NCBI GenBank assembly: GCA_013150955.1
Contig: JAADJD010000005.1
Location: forward strand, 31,096 to 95,095
Length of the DNA stretch: 64,000 bases
Source of the DNA: Calditrichota bacterium
Lineage (GTDB): Bacteria; Calditrichota; Calditrichia; RBG-13-44-9; J042
Direction: 5' to 3'
Shown: positions 20,785 through 31,705 of the stretch, in pieces
Position numbering within the stretch: position 1 is the stretch's first letter
Layout: every line of letters starts with the position of its first letter
Notes under the pieces: model-generated
Seen by the model: the letters and a program-made list of their open reading frames with translations, nothing else
The model's database searches: none
Told to the model about the DNA's origin: nothing
Translations under genes and position numbers: made by a program

Positions 20785-22092
20785 TTACGAAATTCTTTTG
20801 AGGAGTGCGGTGCATTCATTCCAGGCTCGATCTACGATTTCATCTTTATTATATGCCAGGGGAAGGCCATCCTTTACCACCCAATTTCCGTCGACAATAA
20901 CGTGAACCACGTTTTGGGTTTGTGCTGAATAGACAATTTGAGAATAAATATTATCGGCCGGTACCACCTGAACTTTATTGAGATCCAGGATGGTCAGATC
21001 GGCCAGTTTGCCAACCTCGATGCTACCGATTTTGTCCGCCATTCCCAGCGTGCGCGCCCCATTGATGGTGACCATGTCAAAAACATCCTGAGCGGTGATG
21101 GAGGTTACGCCAAAACGCGGTTTGTGGATCAGTGCCGCCAGTCGCATGTCAATAAAAATGTCCAGATTATTGTTACAGGGGGCACCGTCGGATCCAAGCG
21201 ATACGTTAATTCCCTTGTGTAACATTCGGGGAATCGGAGCGAATCCGGAACCCAATTTCAGATTTGCAGAAGGGCAGTGCAGCACGTTGATCTGGTACTC
21301 CCTGAGATACTCCATTTCCCGCTCCGAGACCCAGATGCAATGGGCCAGACACAGTCGGGAGGAAGCCAGTCCCTTTTCCACGAAAAATTCCACATTATCG
21401 TAGCCGGTCTGTTTTTTTACCAGAGCCACTTCTTTTTGATTTTCGGATGCGTGGGAGTGGATGAGCAGTTTGTGGCTTTCCGACAGGGCTTTAATGCCTT
21501 CCCATAAAGCGTCGCTGCAGGAGGGGACGAATCGGGGCGCCAGGGCGTACTGGATGCGTCCATTGGCTGCACCGTGCCAGCGCTGGATCAGTTCTTCGGT
21601 GGATTTCAGTGCGTCGTCTGTGCTTTCTTTGTAGGGCTGATCTCCATAATCCATCATCACCTTGCCACTGAATCCTCGAATACCGCTGCGCACCATCTCC
21701 TCGAAAACCACGTCCATGTGCCGCCCATTGCCCATGTCCAGAATGCTGGTTACCCCGCTGCGCAGCATTTCGTATAATCCCAGCTGGGCGGAGACACGCA
21801 GAGAGGCCTCCGTGTGGGCCATTTCCATGGGCCAGATGTGAAGGCTGAGCCAGTCCAGTAGTTCCAGGTCATCTGCCAGATTGCGGAACAGTGTCTGGCA
21901 CAGGTGGACGTGGGTCTGGATGAGTCCCGGAATCACCGTCAATCCACTTAAATCCAGTTCTTCCACGCCGGGATTTTCCAGTTGTCTGCCCAAGGATTCA
22001 ATGCGGTTATCTTTTATAAGGATGTCTCCCTCAAAGATATCGCGGTTGGGGTTCTGGGTTACAATCGTGGCATTCTTCAGCAGTATATTCAT
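20785..22092 (-). CDS. Amidohydrolase (MTA/SAH deaminase, chlorohydrolase, guanine deaminase family)
   Basis: HVHLCQTLFR metal-binding motif and overall TRZ/ATZ/MtaD-like architecture, 435 aa. Confidence 0.8.
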   Translation of the reverse strand: MNILLKNATIVTQNPNRDIFEGDILIKDNRIESLGRQLENPGVEELDLSGLTVIPGLIQTHVHLCQTLFRNLADDLELLDWLSLHIWPMEMAHTEASLRVSAQLGLYEMLRSGVTSILDMGNGRHMDVVFEEMVRSGIRGFSGKVMMDYGDQPYKESTDDALKSTEELIQRWHGAANGRIQYALAPRFVPSCSDALWEGIKALSESHKLLIHSHASENQKEVALVKKQTGYDNVEFFVEKGLASSRLCLAHCIWVSEREMEYLREYQINVLHCPSANLKLGSGFAPIPRMLHKGINVSLGSDGAPCNNNLDIFIDMRLAALIHKPRFGVTSITAQDVFDMVTINGARTLGMADKIGSIEVGKLADLTILDLNKVQVVPADNIYSQIVYSAQTQNVVHVIVDGNWVVKDGLPLAYNKDEIVDRAWNECTALLKRIS

Positions 22093-22234
22093 TCACCAAC
22101 CTTTTTCGCTACAGTTCCGTCTTTCAAAACTTTGCAAATTTAGTTTTATCAAGGAATTGAAGCAAGCAAAATTCCTGGCGGCCGTCGGATTTTCCAATTT
22201 TCTGGAATTCCTGAATATCGGCATTGGGCAGTCG

Positions 22235-22935
22235 GCAATTAACAGTAGTCAGTGGGCAGTTTGCAGTATGCAGTTGGCAGTTGTTGTAGCCACGCATTGG
22301 ATGGTTTTTTCCATATGCAGCAGATAATGGTAGTCGTTGGCTTTGTATCGGTATCCAGTTAGCAGTAAGCAGTAGGCGATTGGCAATGGTAGTCGCGGGC
22401 TTTATGCCCATATCTCAGTTGGCAGTTTGCAGTATGCAGTTGGCAGTTGTCGTAGCCATGCATTGGATGGTTTTTTTCCGTAAGCAGCAGGCAATGTTTG
22501 TCGTGGGCTTTGCACAAGTATCCACTTAGCAGTGGGCAATTGGAAATGGTAGTCGCGGGCTTTATGCCCGCGGGGTGTAAGGTAAATTAGCTTTACATTA
22601 GAGCAAGAATAAACCCTGGAACATATTTTTTTCCAGATATCATCAAATGGATTTTGTTATTTTTATTCGTTTTAATTCGTGTAATTCGTAGGCTATTGCA
22701 TAATCCGGGATTAACAAATCACTGCAGGCTAAAAGCCTGCGGCTACCGTGGCTATAATCAATGGTACGATACACACCGTTAACCAAACAAGCGTCCTCCC
22801 CCCGGCAAGGCGGGTGGAGGACGCTACCGACTCTGGAGAGTCGGGCTACAACCTGGCATCCGCAGGCTAAATGCCTGCGGCTACCGTGGGTTGTGGTAAT
22901 CAAACAAGCATGCCTCTGCAGGGCGGGTACGTCAC
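22235..22935. repeat. Right arm of inverted repeat (reverse complement of 16990-17560), with internal ~170-bp tandem duplication
   Basis: Matches the left arm in reverse complement; segment TCAGTTGGCAGTTTGCAGTATGCAG...GATGGTTTTTTTCCG occurs twice. Confidence 0.75.
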
Positions 22936-23210
22936 GGATGCCGGGAATTGAGAATTATTAACGGAACCCATCATCCCCGTAATCAGGAAATGCATTTTAC
23001 CTTTGCAAGAAATTTCACGATTGCCTATATTGCCAGGCGATTCCAGTACCGATAATTACGGGTGTTGGGGACATTGATGAACCGTTGGGCCATCCGATTG
23101 AAAGAATGGGTAATAAACGCTTCCAATTTGCCGAATACTAATCGCAGTGGATACCACAGGGAATCCTGTCGCCGTCAAAAGGGTATAAAGATAACATTGA
23201 CTTAAAGTAG

Positions 23211-24224
<1,014 letters not shown>

Positions 24225-24227
24225 ATC

Positions 24228-24260
24228 TAAATCCCCCGGCAACCGTCGGGGGATTTTTCT
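24228..24260 (+). terminator. Rho-independent terminator after gap
   Basis: AATCCCCCG-loop-CGGGGGATT hairpin followed by TTTTTCTTTC. Confidence 0.75.
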
Positions 24261-24408
24261 TTCGCCTGGACTCGGGTGCATCCTCTAAAGGAATTGGTTT
24301 TCTGCCTGATTCAGACCGGAGTGAGGCACCCGTGTTGGCGTTCAGACGTCTGTTCAAGGTGTTTCCGGAAGGATGTAAAATTCTGGTTGAAGATCGGAGG
24401 GACTGAAG

Positions 24409-25605
24409 ATGGCCAAATTAACCATTGATGATCTGGAGTTAAAAGGAAAGACTGTGCTGGTTCGGGTGGATTTTAATGTACCTCTGGACGATCAATTCCG
24501 CGTAACGGATGACTTCCGTATTCGTTCGGCGCTGCCCACCATTCAAAAAATCATCCGGGAAGGAGGTCGCGCTGTGCTCTGTTCCCATCTGGGGCGTCCC
24601 AAAGGGCAGCGAAACGAGAAGTATTCTCTGAAACCTGTGGCCGATCGTTTGGCAGAGTTGCTGGGACAGAATGTTCATTTTGCACCCGATTGCATTGGCC
24701 CCGAGGTGGATCGCCTGAAACAGCAACTCAAAGATGGAGAGGTATTGCTGCTGGAGAATCTGCGGTTTCATCCGGGGGAAGAAGCCAACGATCCCGAATT
24801 TGCCCGCCAGCTGGCCAGCTATTGTGATGTATATGTGAATGATGCCTTTGGGACGGCGCATCGGGCGCATGCCTCGACTGTGGGGGTGACCCGCTATTTT
24901 GATTGCTGTGCCGCCGGATACCTGATGCAAAAGGAACTGGAATATCTGGGAAAGGCGCTGGAAAATCCAGAGCGGCCATTCGTTACCATCCTGGGTGGGG
25001 CGAAAATTTCCGGCAAAATCGATGTCATCCTCAATCTGCTGGATAAAACCGATGTGCTGCTCATCGGTGGAGGCATGATTTTCACCTTTTTTAAGGCTCA
25101 GGGATTGGAAATCGGAAAATCCATTCTGGAGGAAGATCGCCTGGAGATGGCACGGGATATTCTGGATCGCGCTTCCCGCAGTCGTACCCGTTTGGAATTG
25201 CCGGTGGATGTCGTGGTGGCGGACAGGGTGGAAGCGGGGGCTTCCACCACGGTGGTGGACGTCAACGCCATGCCTTCGGATGGCATTGGTGTGGACATCG
25301 GGCCACGAACCATTGAGAAATATAAAGAATTTCTGGCAACCGCCCGCACGGTGGTCTGGAATGGCCCCATGGGCGTTTTCGAAATCCCGGATTTTGCCAG
25401 AGGTACCGAAGCCATTGCCCGCTACCTGGCGGAGATTACCGAGAAAGGGGCGATTACCATCGTGGGAGGCGGTGATTCCGCCGCTGCGGTGAAGCAGTTT
25501 GGCCTGTCGGATAAACTCTCACACGTGTCCACTGGCGGCGGGGCATCGCTGGAGTTCCTGGAAGGGAAAACCCTGCCTGGTGTGGCAGCCTTAACGGATA
25601 AATAA
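24409..25605 (+). CDS. pgk: Phosphoglycerate kinase
   Basis: RVDFNVP motif and PGK C-terminal [12 protein letters not shown]. Confidence 0.95.
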   Translation: MAKLTIDDLELKGKTVLVRVDFNVPLDDQFRVTDDFRIRSALPTIQKIIREGGRAVLCSHLGRPKGQRNEKYSLKPVADRLAELLGQNVHFAPDCIGPEVDRLKQQLKDGEVLLLENLRFHPGEEANDPEFARQLASYCDVYVNDAFGTAHRAHASTVGVTRYFDCCAAGYLMQKELEYLGKALENPERPFVTILGGAKISGKIDVILNLLDKTDVLLIGGGMIFTFFKAQGLEIGKSILEEDRLEMARDILDRASRSRTRLELPVDVVVADRVEAGASTTVVDVNAMPSDGIGVDIGPRTIEKYKEFLATARTVVWNGPMGVFEIPDFARGTEAIARYLAEITEKGAITIVGGGDSAAAVKQFGLSDKLSHVSTGGGASLEFLEGKTLPGVAALTDK

Positions 25606-25782
25606 TTCCGTCGCCGTTTGTTTCCAGCAAAAACGTTCCGGTGGCGATTGGCGGCCGGAACGTGGGAAGGATTGGTGGGGTGAAGTTGCACTGTGAGCAC
25701 CATCATGCGTGGAGAAGGGACTTCTTTTTATTTTTGAAACTTGGGATGACTTGCGTTTCACGGATAAAAAAGAGGGGTGATC

Positions 25783-26550
25783 ATGAGAAAGAAAATGATT
25801 GCGGGTAACTGGAAAATGCATAAAACCAACGCCGAGGCGGTACGTCTGGTAACGCAGCTCAGGCGGATGCTGGAAAAGAAACCCGCCCGGAAAACCGAGG
25901 TGGTGGTCTGTCCGCCATTTACCGCGCTGGTTCCCGTTGCGGAACTGTTAAAAGGCAGTAAAATCCAGCTGGGTGCCCAGAACATTTTCTGGGAAGAAGA
26001 AGGAGCCTTTACCGGCGAGGTTTCCGCCCGAATGGTAAAAAGTGCCGGGGCAAAATACGTGATCATTGGACATTCGGAACGTCGCCGGTATTTCAAGGAA
26101 GATGAAAACATCATCAACAAAAAAATTCGACTGGCACTAAAGAACAAGCTTCGGGTGATTCATTGTGTGGGAGAAACCCTGGAAGAACGGGAACACAACC
26201 TGACCCAGGACATCATCATCAATCAACTGGAATGGGGCCTGAAGGGATTTACAGCCGATGATTTCAAGAGGATTGTCATTGCCTACGAGCCGGTCTGGGC
26301 CATTGGCACCGGTAAAACGGCCACTCCGGAGCAGGCGCAGGAAGTGCATGCCTTTATCCGCGAGATTTTGAATACGTTGTATGGTAGCCAGGTGGGTACG
26401 CGCATCACCATTCTTTACGGGGGAAGTGTGAAGCCGGAAAATGCGGCGGGATTATTGTCACAGCCGGATGTGGATGGTGCGCTGGTTGGTGGCGCCTGTT
26501 TGAATGCCAGAAGCTTTTTTCAGATCATTCAGGCCAGTGAGGGGGCCTGA
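25783..26550 (+). CDS. tpiA: Triosephosphate isomerase
   Basis: AGNWKMH and YEPVWAIGTGK signature motifs. Confidence 0.95.
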   Translation: MRKKMIAGNWKMHKTNAEAVRLVTQLRRMLEKKPARKTEVVVCPPFTALVPVAELLKGSKIQLGAQNIFWEEEGAFTGEVSARMVKSAGAKYVIIGHSERRRYFKEDENIINKKIRLALKNKLRVIHCVGETLEEREHNLTQDIIINQLEWGLKGFTADDFKRIVIAYEPVWAIGTGKTATPEQAQEVHAFIREILNTLYGSQVGTRITILYGGSVKPENAAGLLSQPDVDGALVGGACLNARSFFQIIQASEGA

Positions 26551-26560
26551 GCAATTGCAA

Positions 26561-26790
26561 ACTTAAACCCGGATTTTACATTCGCCTGCGAATTACAAGA
26601 ATTCACACGAACCAAAAGAATGAAATGCATTTGATGCAATCAGGATGAAAATGGGGTCCAGGGTTTGGTAGGTGGTTTGTTAATCCCAAATTATGCTTTG
26701 AACCTCAATTGACGCGAATGAACACAAATAAACCCAGATTATGCATAAGACCACGAATTGCACGAATTCACACAAATAAAATTAACCTGT
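26561..26790. repeat. Dispersed MITE-like element (two partial units)
   Basis: AAACCCGGATTTTACATTCGCCTGCGAATTACA... and ...AAACCCAGATTATGCATAAGACCACGAATTGCACGAAT. Confidence 0.65.
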
Positions 26791-27094
26791 TGTTCTAATT
26801 GGACAACCCAAACCGTTAAAACGGTTCTGTAAATTATTGTTACTTTAGGAGTTGTCCACCCAGATAAATCTGGGTGTTAATGAATGATAATTTCGATTAA
26901 CTCCTGGCTACTCCTGGCTTTAGCCAGGAGAAATAGATGAAGTAACCGATTGATTCGTGAATTCATGCATCATTTGAGTTCAAGGAAACCATCCGCTTCT
27001 TTGGTCGCTTTTCAAAAAATTCTCAACGATTTTCCCCTCAAATTTTTCTGCCAGAAAAATATTTTGTATTTTTAAACATGCCGATTAAATTTCA

Positions 27095-27110
27095 GGATCG
27101 AAATTGGCAT
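27095..27110 (+). promoter_or_regulatory. Candidate sigma-54 (-24/-12) promoter upstream of sensor kinase
   Basis: TGGCAT-N5-GTGCA has correct GG/GC spacing relative to the TGGCAC-N5-TTGCA consensus; lies about 40 bp upstream of the kinase start. Confidence 0.55.
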
Positions 27111-27148
27111 AATTTGTGCAAATCTATAAAAGAAAAACGAGGGGCCTG

Positions 27149-28669
27149 ATGGACTTTCGCCGATTGGGATTGAAATACCGTTTCATCGTTATCACCATTG
27201 CCGTGGTGGTACTGGTAACCCTGGCGGGTAGCCTGACCCTCCACGGGATATATCGCGCGGGTGGCAATGTGTACCGCCCGGAATATTTGATGGCAGTGGC
27301 CGCTTTTTATATCTTCATTGGGATCATCGGGGTGTTGCTGGTTTCCAAATACATGATCCAGCCGGTCGTGCATCTCACCCAGAAGGTGTACGAGGTGCGC
27401 AATGGGAACCTGGACATCGAGTTTTCCAACCATCAGAATCACGTGTGGATGGATGAAATGGATCAATTGTACGAGGGATTTGCCCACATGGTGCGCCATC
27501 TGCGGCAGACCATCGAAGAGTTGACCAAGGCAAAGGAACGGGCCGAAACCGTTTCCCGCGAACTTTACAAAAGTAAAAAACGCCTGGAGGCGGTATTTAA
27601 CAGCCTGTCTGACGGCATCATGATTATTGACAAGAACTTTCGGATTGTGACGGCCAATCCGGTTATCCTGAAACTGATGGGCCGCACGGAGGAAGAAATC
27701 AAAGGAAAACACTGTTTTGAGATGTGCAACGGTAGCCTGCGGCGTTGCCAGTTCTGTCGGGCGACGGATACGTTCCGCTTTGGCGAGCACGAGATTACCT
27801 ATTGCACCAAACCCGATCCATCGGGGAAGGGCGACCGCATTCTGGAAGTCCACGATTTTCCCATGTTCGATGAAAATGGCGAGATTGTGCAAATCATTGA
27901 GTATGTCAAGGATGTAACCGATGCCATGCAAATGCAGGCCAAGCTGGAAAGTTCGCGGCGGCTGGCGGAGATTGGGGAAATGGCCGCCAAAGTGGCGCAT
28001 GAGGTGCGCAATCCACTGAACGCCATCAAAGGCGCGACCCATTATTTGCGGGGGGAGATTCAGGAGGAATCGGTGGCTATGTATCTGGATTTGATCGAGG
28101 AACAGGTGGATCGAGTAAATCGGGTGGCCACGGATTTACTGGGATTGGCGCGTCCCCTGGAACCGGTTTTTCATCCGGGCAATCTGGAGAAAGTGATTCG
28201 ACAGGCCTTGTGGGATACCCAGCAGGCACTGGACGATAAGCAGATTCGGGTGAAAACGCATATCCATCCCAATATCCCCGAAATTCCCCTGGATGAAAAT
28301 CAGATTGAGCAGGCGCTGGTAAATTTAATTTTAAATGCGGTGGATGCCATGGAAGAAGGGGGGCAGTTGACCATCGAACTGAAGTCCCTTTGTGGAGGAA
28401 ACGGCATGCGGGGGGAACATTTGCAGCTGGTGATTGCCGATACCGGTTGTGGCATCCCCGCCGAAACGCGTGAACAGATTTTCCAGCCGTTTTTTACCAC
28501 CAAAATAAAGGGAACCGGTCTGGGACTTACCATTGTGAAGAAAATTGTGGAACACCATCAGGGACAAATTGAAATTGAAAGCGAGGAAAATCAGGGAACC
28601 CGGGTGATCATTCGGTTGCCGTTAAACATCCGTCACCATGAAGCCAAAATTTACAATTTTAGTAGTTGA
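27149..28669 (+). CDS. Sensor histidine kinase (2 TM, HAMP, PAS, HisKA, HATPase_c)
   Basis: H-box [11 protein letters not shown]; N, G1 and G2 boxes (DTGCGIP, GTGLGL); PAS-like region with Cys-rich motif; alternative start at 27116. Confidence 0.8.
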   Translation: MDFRRLGLKYRFIVITIAVVVLVTLAGSLTLHGIYRAGGNVYRPEYLMAVAAFYIFIGIIGVLLVSKYMIQPVVHLTQKVYEVRNGNLDIEFSNHQNHVWMDEMDQLYEGFAHMVRHLRQTIEELTKAKERAETVSRELYKSKKRLEAVFNSLSDGIMIIDKNFRIVTANPVILKLMGRTEEEIKGKHCFEMCNGSLRRCQFCRATDTFRFGEHEITYCTKPDPSGKGDRILEVHDFPMFDENGEIVQIIEYVKDVTDAMQMQAKLESSRRLAEIGEMAAKVAHEVRNPLNAIKGATHYLRGEIQEESVAMYLDLIEEQVDRVNRVATDLLGLARPLEPVFHPGNLEKVIRQALWDTQQALDDKQIRVKTHIHPNIPEIPLDENQIEQALVNLILNAVDAMEEGGQLTIELKSLCGGNGMRGEHLQLVIADTGCGIPAETREQIFQPFFTTKIKGTGLGLTIVKKIVEHHQGQIEIESEENQGTRVIIRLPLNIRHHEAKIYNFSS

Positions 28670-30038
28670 TGACGAAGAGCCCATCCTTCGGGTCATGGAA
28701 GCCAATCTGGTGCGGGAGGGTTACGAGGTAAAAACCGCCCGCGACGCGACCACAGCACTTCAGATCCTGCAACAGGATCAGGTGAGCACGGTGATTGTAG
28801 ACTACCTGATGCCGGGGATGAATGGCATTGAAATGATTCAGCGCATGAAGGAGATGCAGCTGGATGTGCCCGTCATTGTGGTCACCGCGTACGGTACGAT
28901 TGAACAGGCCGTACAGGCCATGAAGCTGGGGGCATTTAATTATCTGACCAAGCCCATCAATTACGATGAGTTGATTTCCATTGTTAAAAAGGCAGTGGAG
29001 CAGCATGCGCTGGCGCTGGAGGTGCAGCGGTTGCGACAGGAGATTACCTCGCAGTACGGATTCGATCAGATTGTGGGGCAAAATCAAAAGATGCAGGAGA
29101 TCTTCTCGCTGGTGCGGGATGTGGCAGAAACCGATGCCACGGTGCTGATCCGCGGTGAAACCGGTACCGGAAAAGAGCTCATTGCCCGGGCACTGCATTT
29201 CAATAGTCCACGGAAAAATAAACCTTTCGTGCGGGTGAATTGTCCCGCCATTGCAGAAACCTTGCTGGAGAGCGAGCTATTTGGCCACGAAAAAGGCGCG
29301 TTCACCGGGGCGATCAAGACGCGCATCGGACGCTTTGAGCAGGCCGATGGTGGCACCATATTTCTGGATGAAGTGGGCGATTTGCCCCTTCGCATCCAGT
29401 CGAAATTGTTGCGGGTGCTGCAGGAAAAGGAGTTTGAACGGGTTGGGGGCAATAAAACCATCAAGGTGGATGTGCGCATCATTTCCGCCACCAATAAGGA
29501 TCTGGAGGCAGAAGTGCAGGCCGGAAATTTTCGCCAGGATTTGTTTTACCGGCTGAATGTGGTGCCCATTGTGGTGCCGCCATTACGTGAGCGACCGGAT
29601 GACATCCCCCTGCTGGCCATGCATTTTTTGAAAAAATATGCCCGCCGATTCAACAAACCGGTTCATGAGATTTCTCCAGAAGGCATGGCGCTGCTGGTGG
29701 AACAGCCCTGGCCGGGAAATGTACGCCAGCTGGAAAATGTGATTGAACGGGCCATTATTCTGGAGAAAAGTGAACAACTACAACGGGATACCCTGCTCCG
29801 CTGCCTGGAATATAAACCCACCAATCTCTATTCCTTTCCCATCAATGCCCGTAAGCCCTTGAAAGAATTAAAAGAACAGCTGATTGAAAATTTCGAGAAG
29901 GAATACATCATCACCCTGTTGAAAGAGTTCAAGGGAAATATCAGCGCGGCTGCACGGGCATCGGGGATTCACTACAAAAATTTTTACGAGAAAATGCGCA
30001 AGTACAATATCCGCCGGGGGGATTATCAGGAGGAATGA
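28638..30038 (+). CDS. Sigma-54-dependent response regulator (NtrC family: REC, AAA+ activator, HTH)
   Basis: Receiver domain (VVDDEE...DYLMPGMNG); Walker A GETGTGKE; GAFTGA motif; C-terminal Fis-type HTH; overlaps kinase end. Confidence 0.9.
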   Translation: MKPKFTILVVDDEEPILRVMEANLVREGYEVKTARDATTALQILQQDQVSTVIVDYLMPGMNGIEMIQRMKEMQLDVPVIVVTAYGTIEQAVQAMKLGAFNYLTKPINYDELISIVKKAVEQHALALEVQRLRQEITSQYGFDQIVGQNQKMQEIFSLVRDVAETDATVLIRGETGTGKELIARALHFNSPRKNKPFVRVNCPAIAETLLESELFGHEKGAFTGAIKTRIGRFEQADGGTIFLDEVGDLPLRIQSKLLRVLQEKEFERVGGNKTIKVDVRIISATNKDLEAEVQAGNFRQDLFYRLNVVPIVVPPLRERPDDIPLLAMHFLKKYARRFNKPVHEISPEGMALLVEQPWPGNVRQLENVIERAIILEKSEQLQRDTLLRCLEYKPTNLYSFPINARKPLKELKEQLIENFEKEYIITLLKEFKGNISAAARASGIHYKNFYEKMRKYNIRRGDYQEE

Positions 30039-30120
30039 CCCCGGTCGATTTGCCCATCGGTCGAACAATGAATCTTTATCCACCAATCAGAAACTCCCTT
30101 CGCAGGGCATGCTGAGGTGT

Positions 30121-30320
30121 TTGCAATTATGCCAGATTATGCATTAGCCTACGAATTACACGAATTAACACCAATAAAAATAATAAAATGCACTGGATTC
30201 TATCTGGATGAAAATGTTTTCCATGAAAATGTTTTCCCGGATATATTCGCTATTTTATTGATTTTTTTCGAATTCATTCGCGTGATTCGTGGTTTAACGC
30301 TCTATTTGGGATTATGCCCA
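30121..30320. repeat. Dispersed MITE-like palindromic element
   Basis: CCAGATTATGCATTAGCCTACGAATTACACGAATTAACAC...TTCGCGTGATTCGTGGTTTAACGC...TTTGGGATTATGC. Confidence 0.75.
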
Positions 30321-30533
30321 CCTGCAAAGACGATGATTCTTTCCGTTCCAATTGAAGGATTTGAGCGACATTATGGTATTTAGGTTATAACGCCGGTGCC
30401 ATAATTATGGTAAAAATACCATAACTGTTGGATCGATGGAAACCCGCCTGAATGATCCGTTTTACTTGCAAATTCTATAAAATTTCAGGGGAATCCGTTT
30501 ATAGAGTGAAATATTTCACGAATGTGAAAATTC

Positions 30534-30549
30534 TGGAACGCCGTTTGCA
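30534..30549 (+). promoter_or_regulatory. Candidate sigma-54 promoter for the sulfur-oxidation (sHdr) cluster
   Basis: TGGAAC-GCCGT-TTGCA matches GG-N10-GC spacing and the TTGCA -12 element; about 25 bp upstream of ATG at 30574. Confidence 0.6.
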
Positions 30550-30573
30550 CATCACCGGGGCCAGGAGGAAAGG

Positions 30574-30807
30574 ATGAATCTGGTCGTCAGTAAAAAACTG
30601 GATTGTCGCTGGATGTACACCCCTCTGGCGGTGGTGCATCTGTATTTTGCTTTTCGGGAAATGCGTTCGGGAGAAATCATTGAATTGCTCATCAACAACG
30701 AGGAGAGTCATGCGGACGTGCAGAGCTGGAGCCGCATGACCGGAAATCCCATTCTGCAGGTGCGCGACAAACAGGAGCACCTGAGCCTATTTGTTCAAAA
30801 AAAATAA
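30574..30807 (+). CDS. TusA-like small protein lacking the canonical Cys-Pro-X-Pro motif
   Basis: Strong SD AGGAGGAAAGG; TusA-like length and C-terminal pattern (SWSRMTGNPIL) but LDCRWMYTP replaces the CPxP motif. Confidence 0.5.
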   Translation: MNLVVSKKLDCRWMYTPLAVVHLYFAFREMRSGEIIELLINNEESHADVQSWSRMTGNPILQVRDKQEHLSLFVQKK

Positions 30808-30818
30808 TGGAGGAAGCA

Positions 30819-31058
30819 ATGGCAGATATCCCAATTGCGGAAACCCTGGATTGTAGCGGCCTGCTGTGTCCCATGCCGGTCGTCAAAACCAACAAGGCCA
30901 TAAAAAATCTGAAAGTGGGGGAAGTACTGGAAATGATCGCCACCGATCCCGGATCCATTCCCGATATGGAGGCATGGGCCAAGCAAACCGGTCATGAGCT
31001 TCTGGAGGCAAAAGAAGAAGGGGGCAAGTACCGCTTTTTGATTAAGAAGACCCACTGA
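30819..31058 (+). CDS. tusA: Sulfur carrier protein TusA
   Basis: LDCSGLLCPMPVVKT motif; start at 30819 preferred because of GGAGGA SD. Confidence 0.8.
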   Translation: MADIPIAETLDCSGLLCPMPVVKTNKAIKNLKVGEVLEMIATDPGSIPDMEAWAKQTGHELLEAKEEGGKYRFLIKKTH

Positions 31059-31170
31059 TCGGGAAGGATGTGCCTCGGCAGGCAGGCCGTTTTCTGGAGA
31101 ACGCAGGTTTACAAAAAGGGAAAGTTGACGGTTCAAAAGTAACAAACCAATCAATTGAGAGGGGGCCAAA

Positions 31171-31683
31171 ATGTCGGAGAAAAACGGACGTCGTCGTTTA
31201 GCGATAATTGCCAGCAAGGGGACGCTGGACTGGGCATACCCGCCCTTTATTCTGGCCACAGCTGCAGGGGCCATGAACTGGGAGGTGGCCATTTTCTTTA
31301 CGTTTTACGGGTTGCCCCTGCTGAAGAAGAAGCTGGATGCTTCGGTCAGTCCACTGGGGAATCCCGCCATGCCCATGAAGATGCCCTTTGGGCCGCTGGA
31401 AAAAATTGATTTGCCGATTCCCAATCTGATCATGAGCAATGTGCCTGGATTCCAGCAGATGGCCACTGCATTGATGAAGAAAACCTTCAAGAAAAAAGGG
31501 GTGGCCAGCATTGAGGAATTGCGCGATATGGCCGTGGAAATGGACGTGCGGCTCATTGGCTGTCAGATGACCATGGACGTCTTTGGGTTCAAAAAGGAAG
31601 ATTTTATTGACGAGGCCGAAATTGGTGGAGCGGCCACATTTCTGGAATTTGCCGCCGACGCCAATGTTACCCTGTTTATTTGA
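31171..31683 (+). CDS. dsrE: DsrE/DsrF-family sulfurtransferase (DsrE3-like)
   Basis: DsrE fold pattern with conserved Cys in IGCQMTMD; located in the sHdr cluster. Confidence 0.7.
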   Translation: MSEKNGRRRLAIIASKGTLDWAYPPFILATAAGAMNWEVAIFFTFYGLPLLKKKLDASVSPLGNPAMPMKMPFGPLEKIDLPIPNLIMSNVPGFQQMATALMKKTFKKKGVASIEELRDMAVEMDVRLIGCQMTMDVFGFKKEDFIDEAEIGGAATFLEFAADANVTLFI

Positions 31684-31705
31684 AACAAAGCACAATGGTC
31701 AATAA

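Noticed and set aside
26911-26930. CTCCTGGCT-TTA-GCCAGGAG hairpin as terminator after tpiA
   Set aside because: Perfect 8-bp stem but no downstream T-run and it lies ~360 bp from the tpiA stop. Possibly part of the repeat family rather than an intrinsic terminator.
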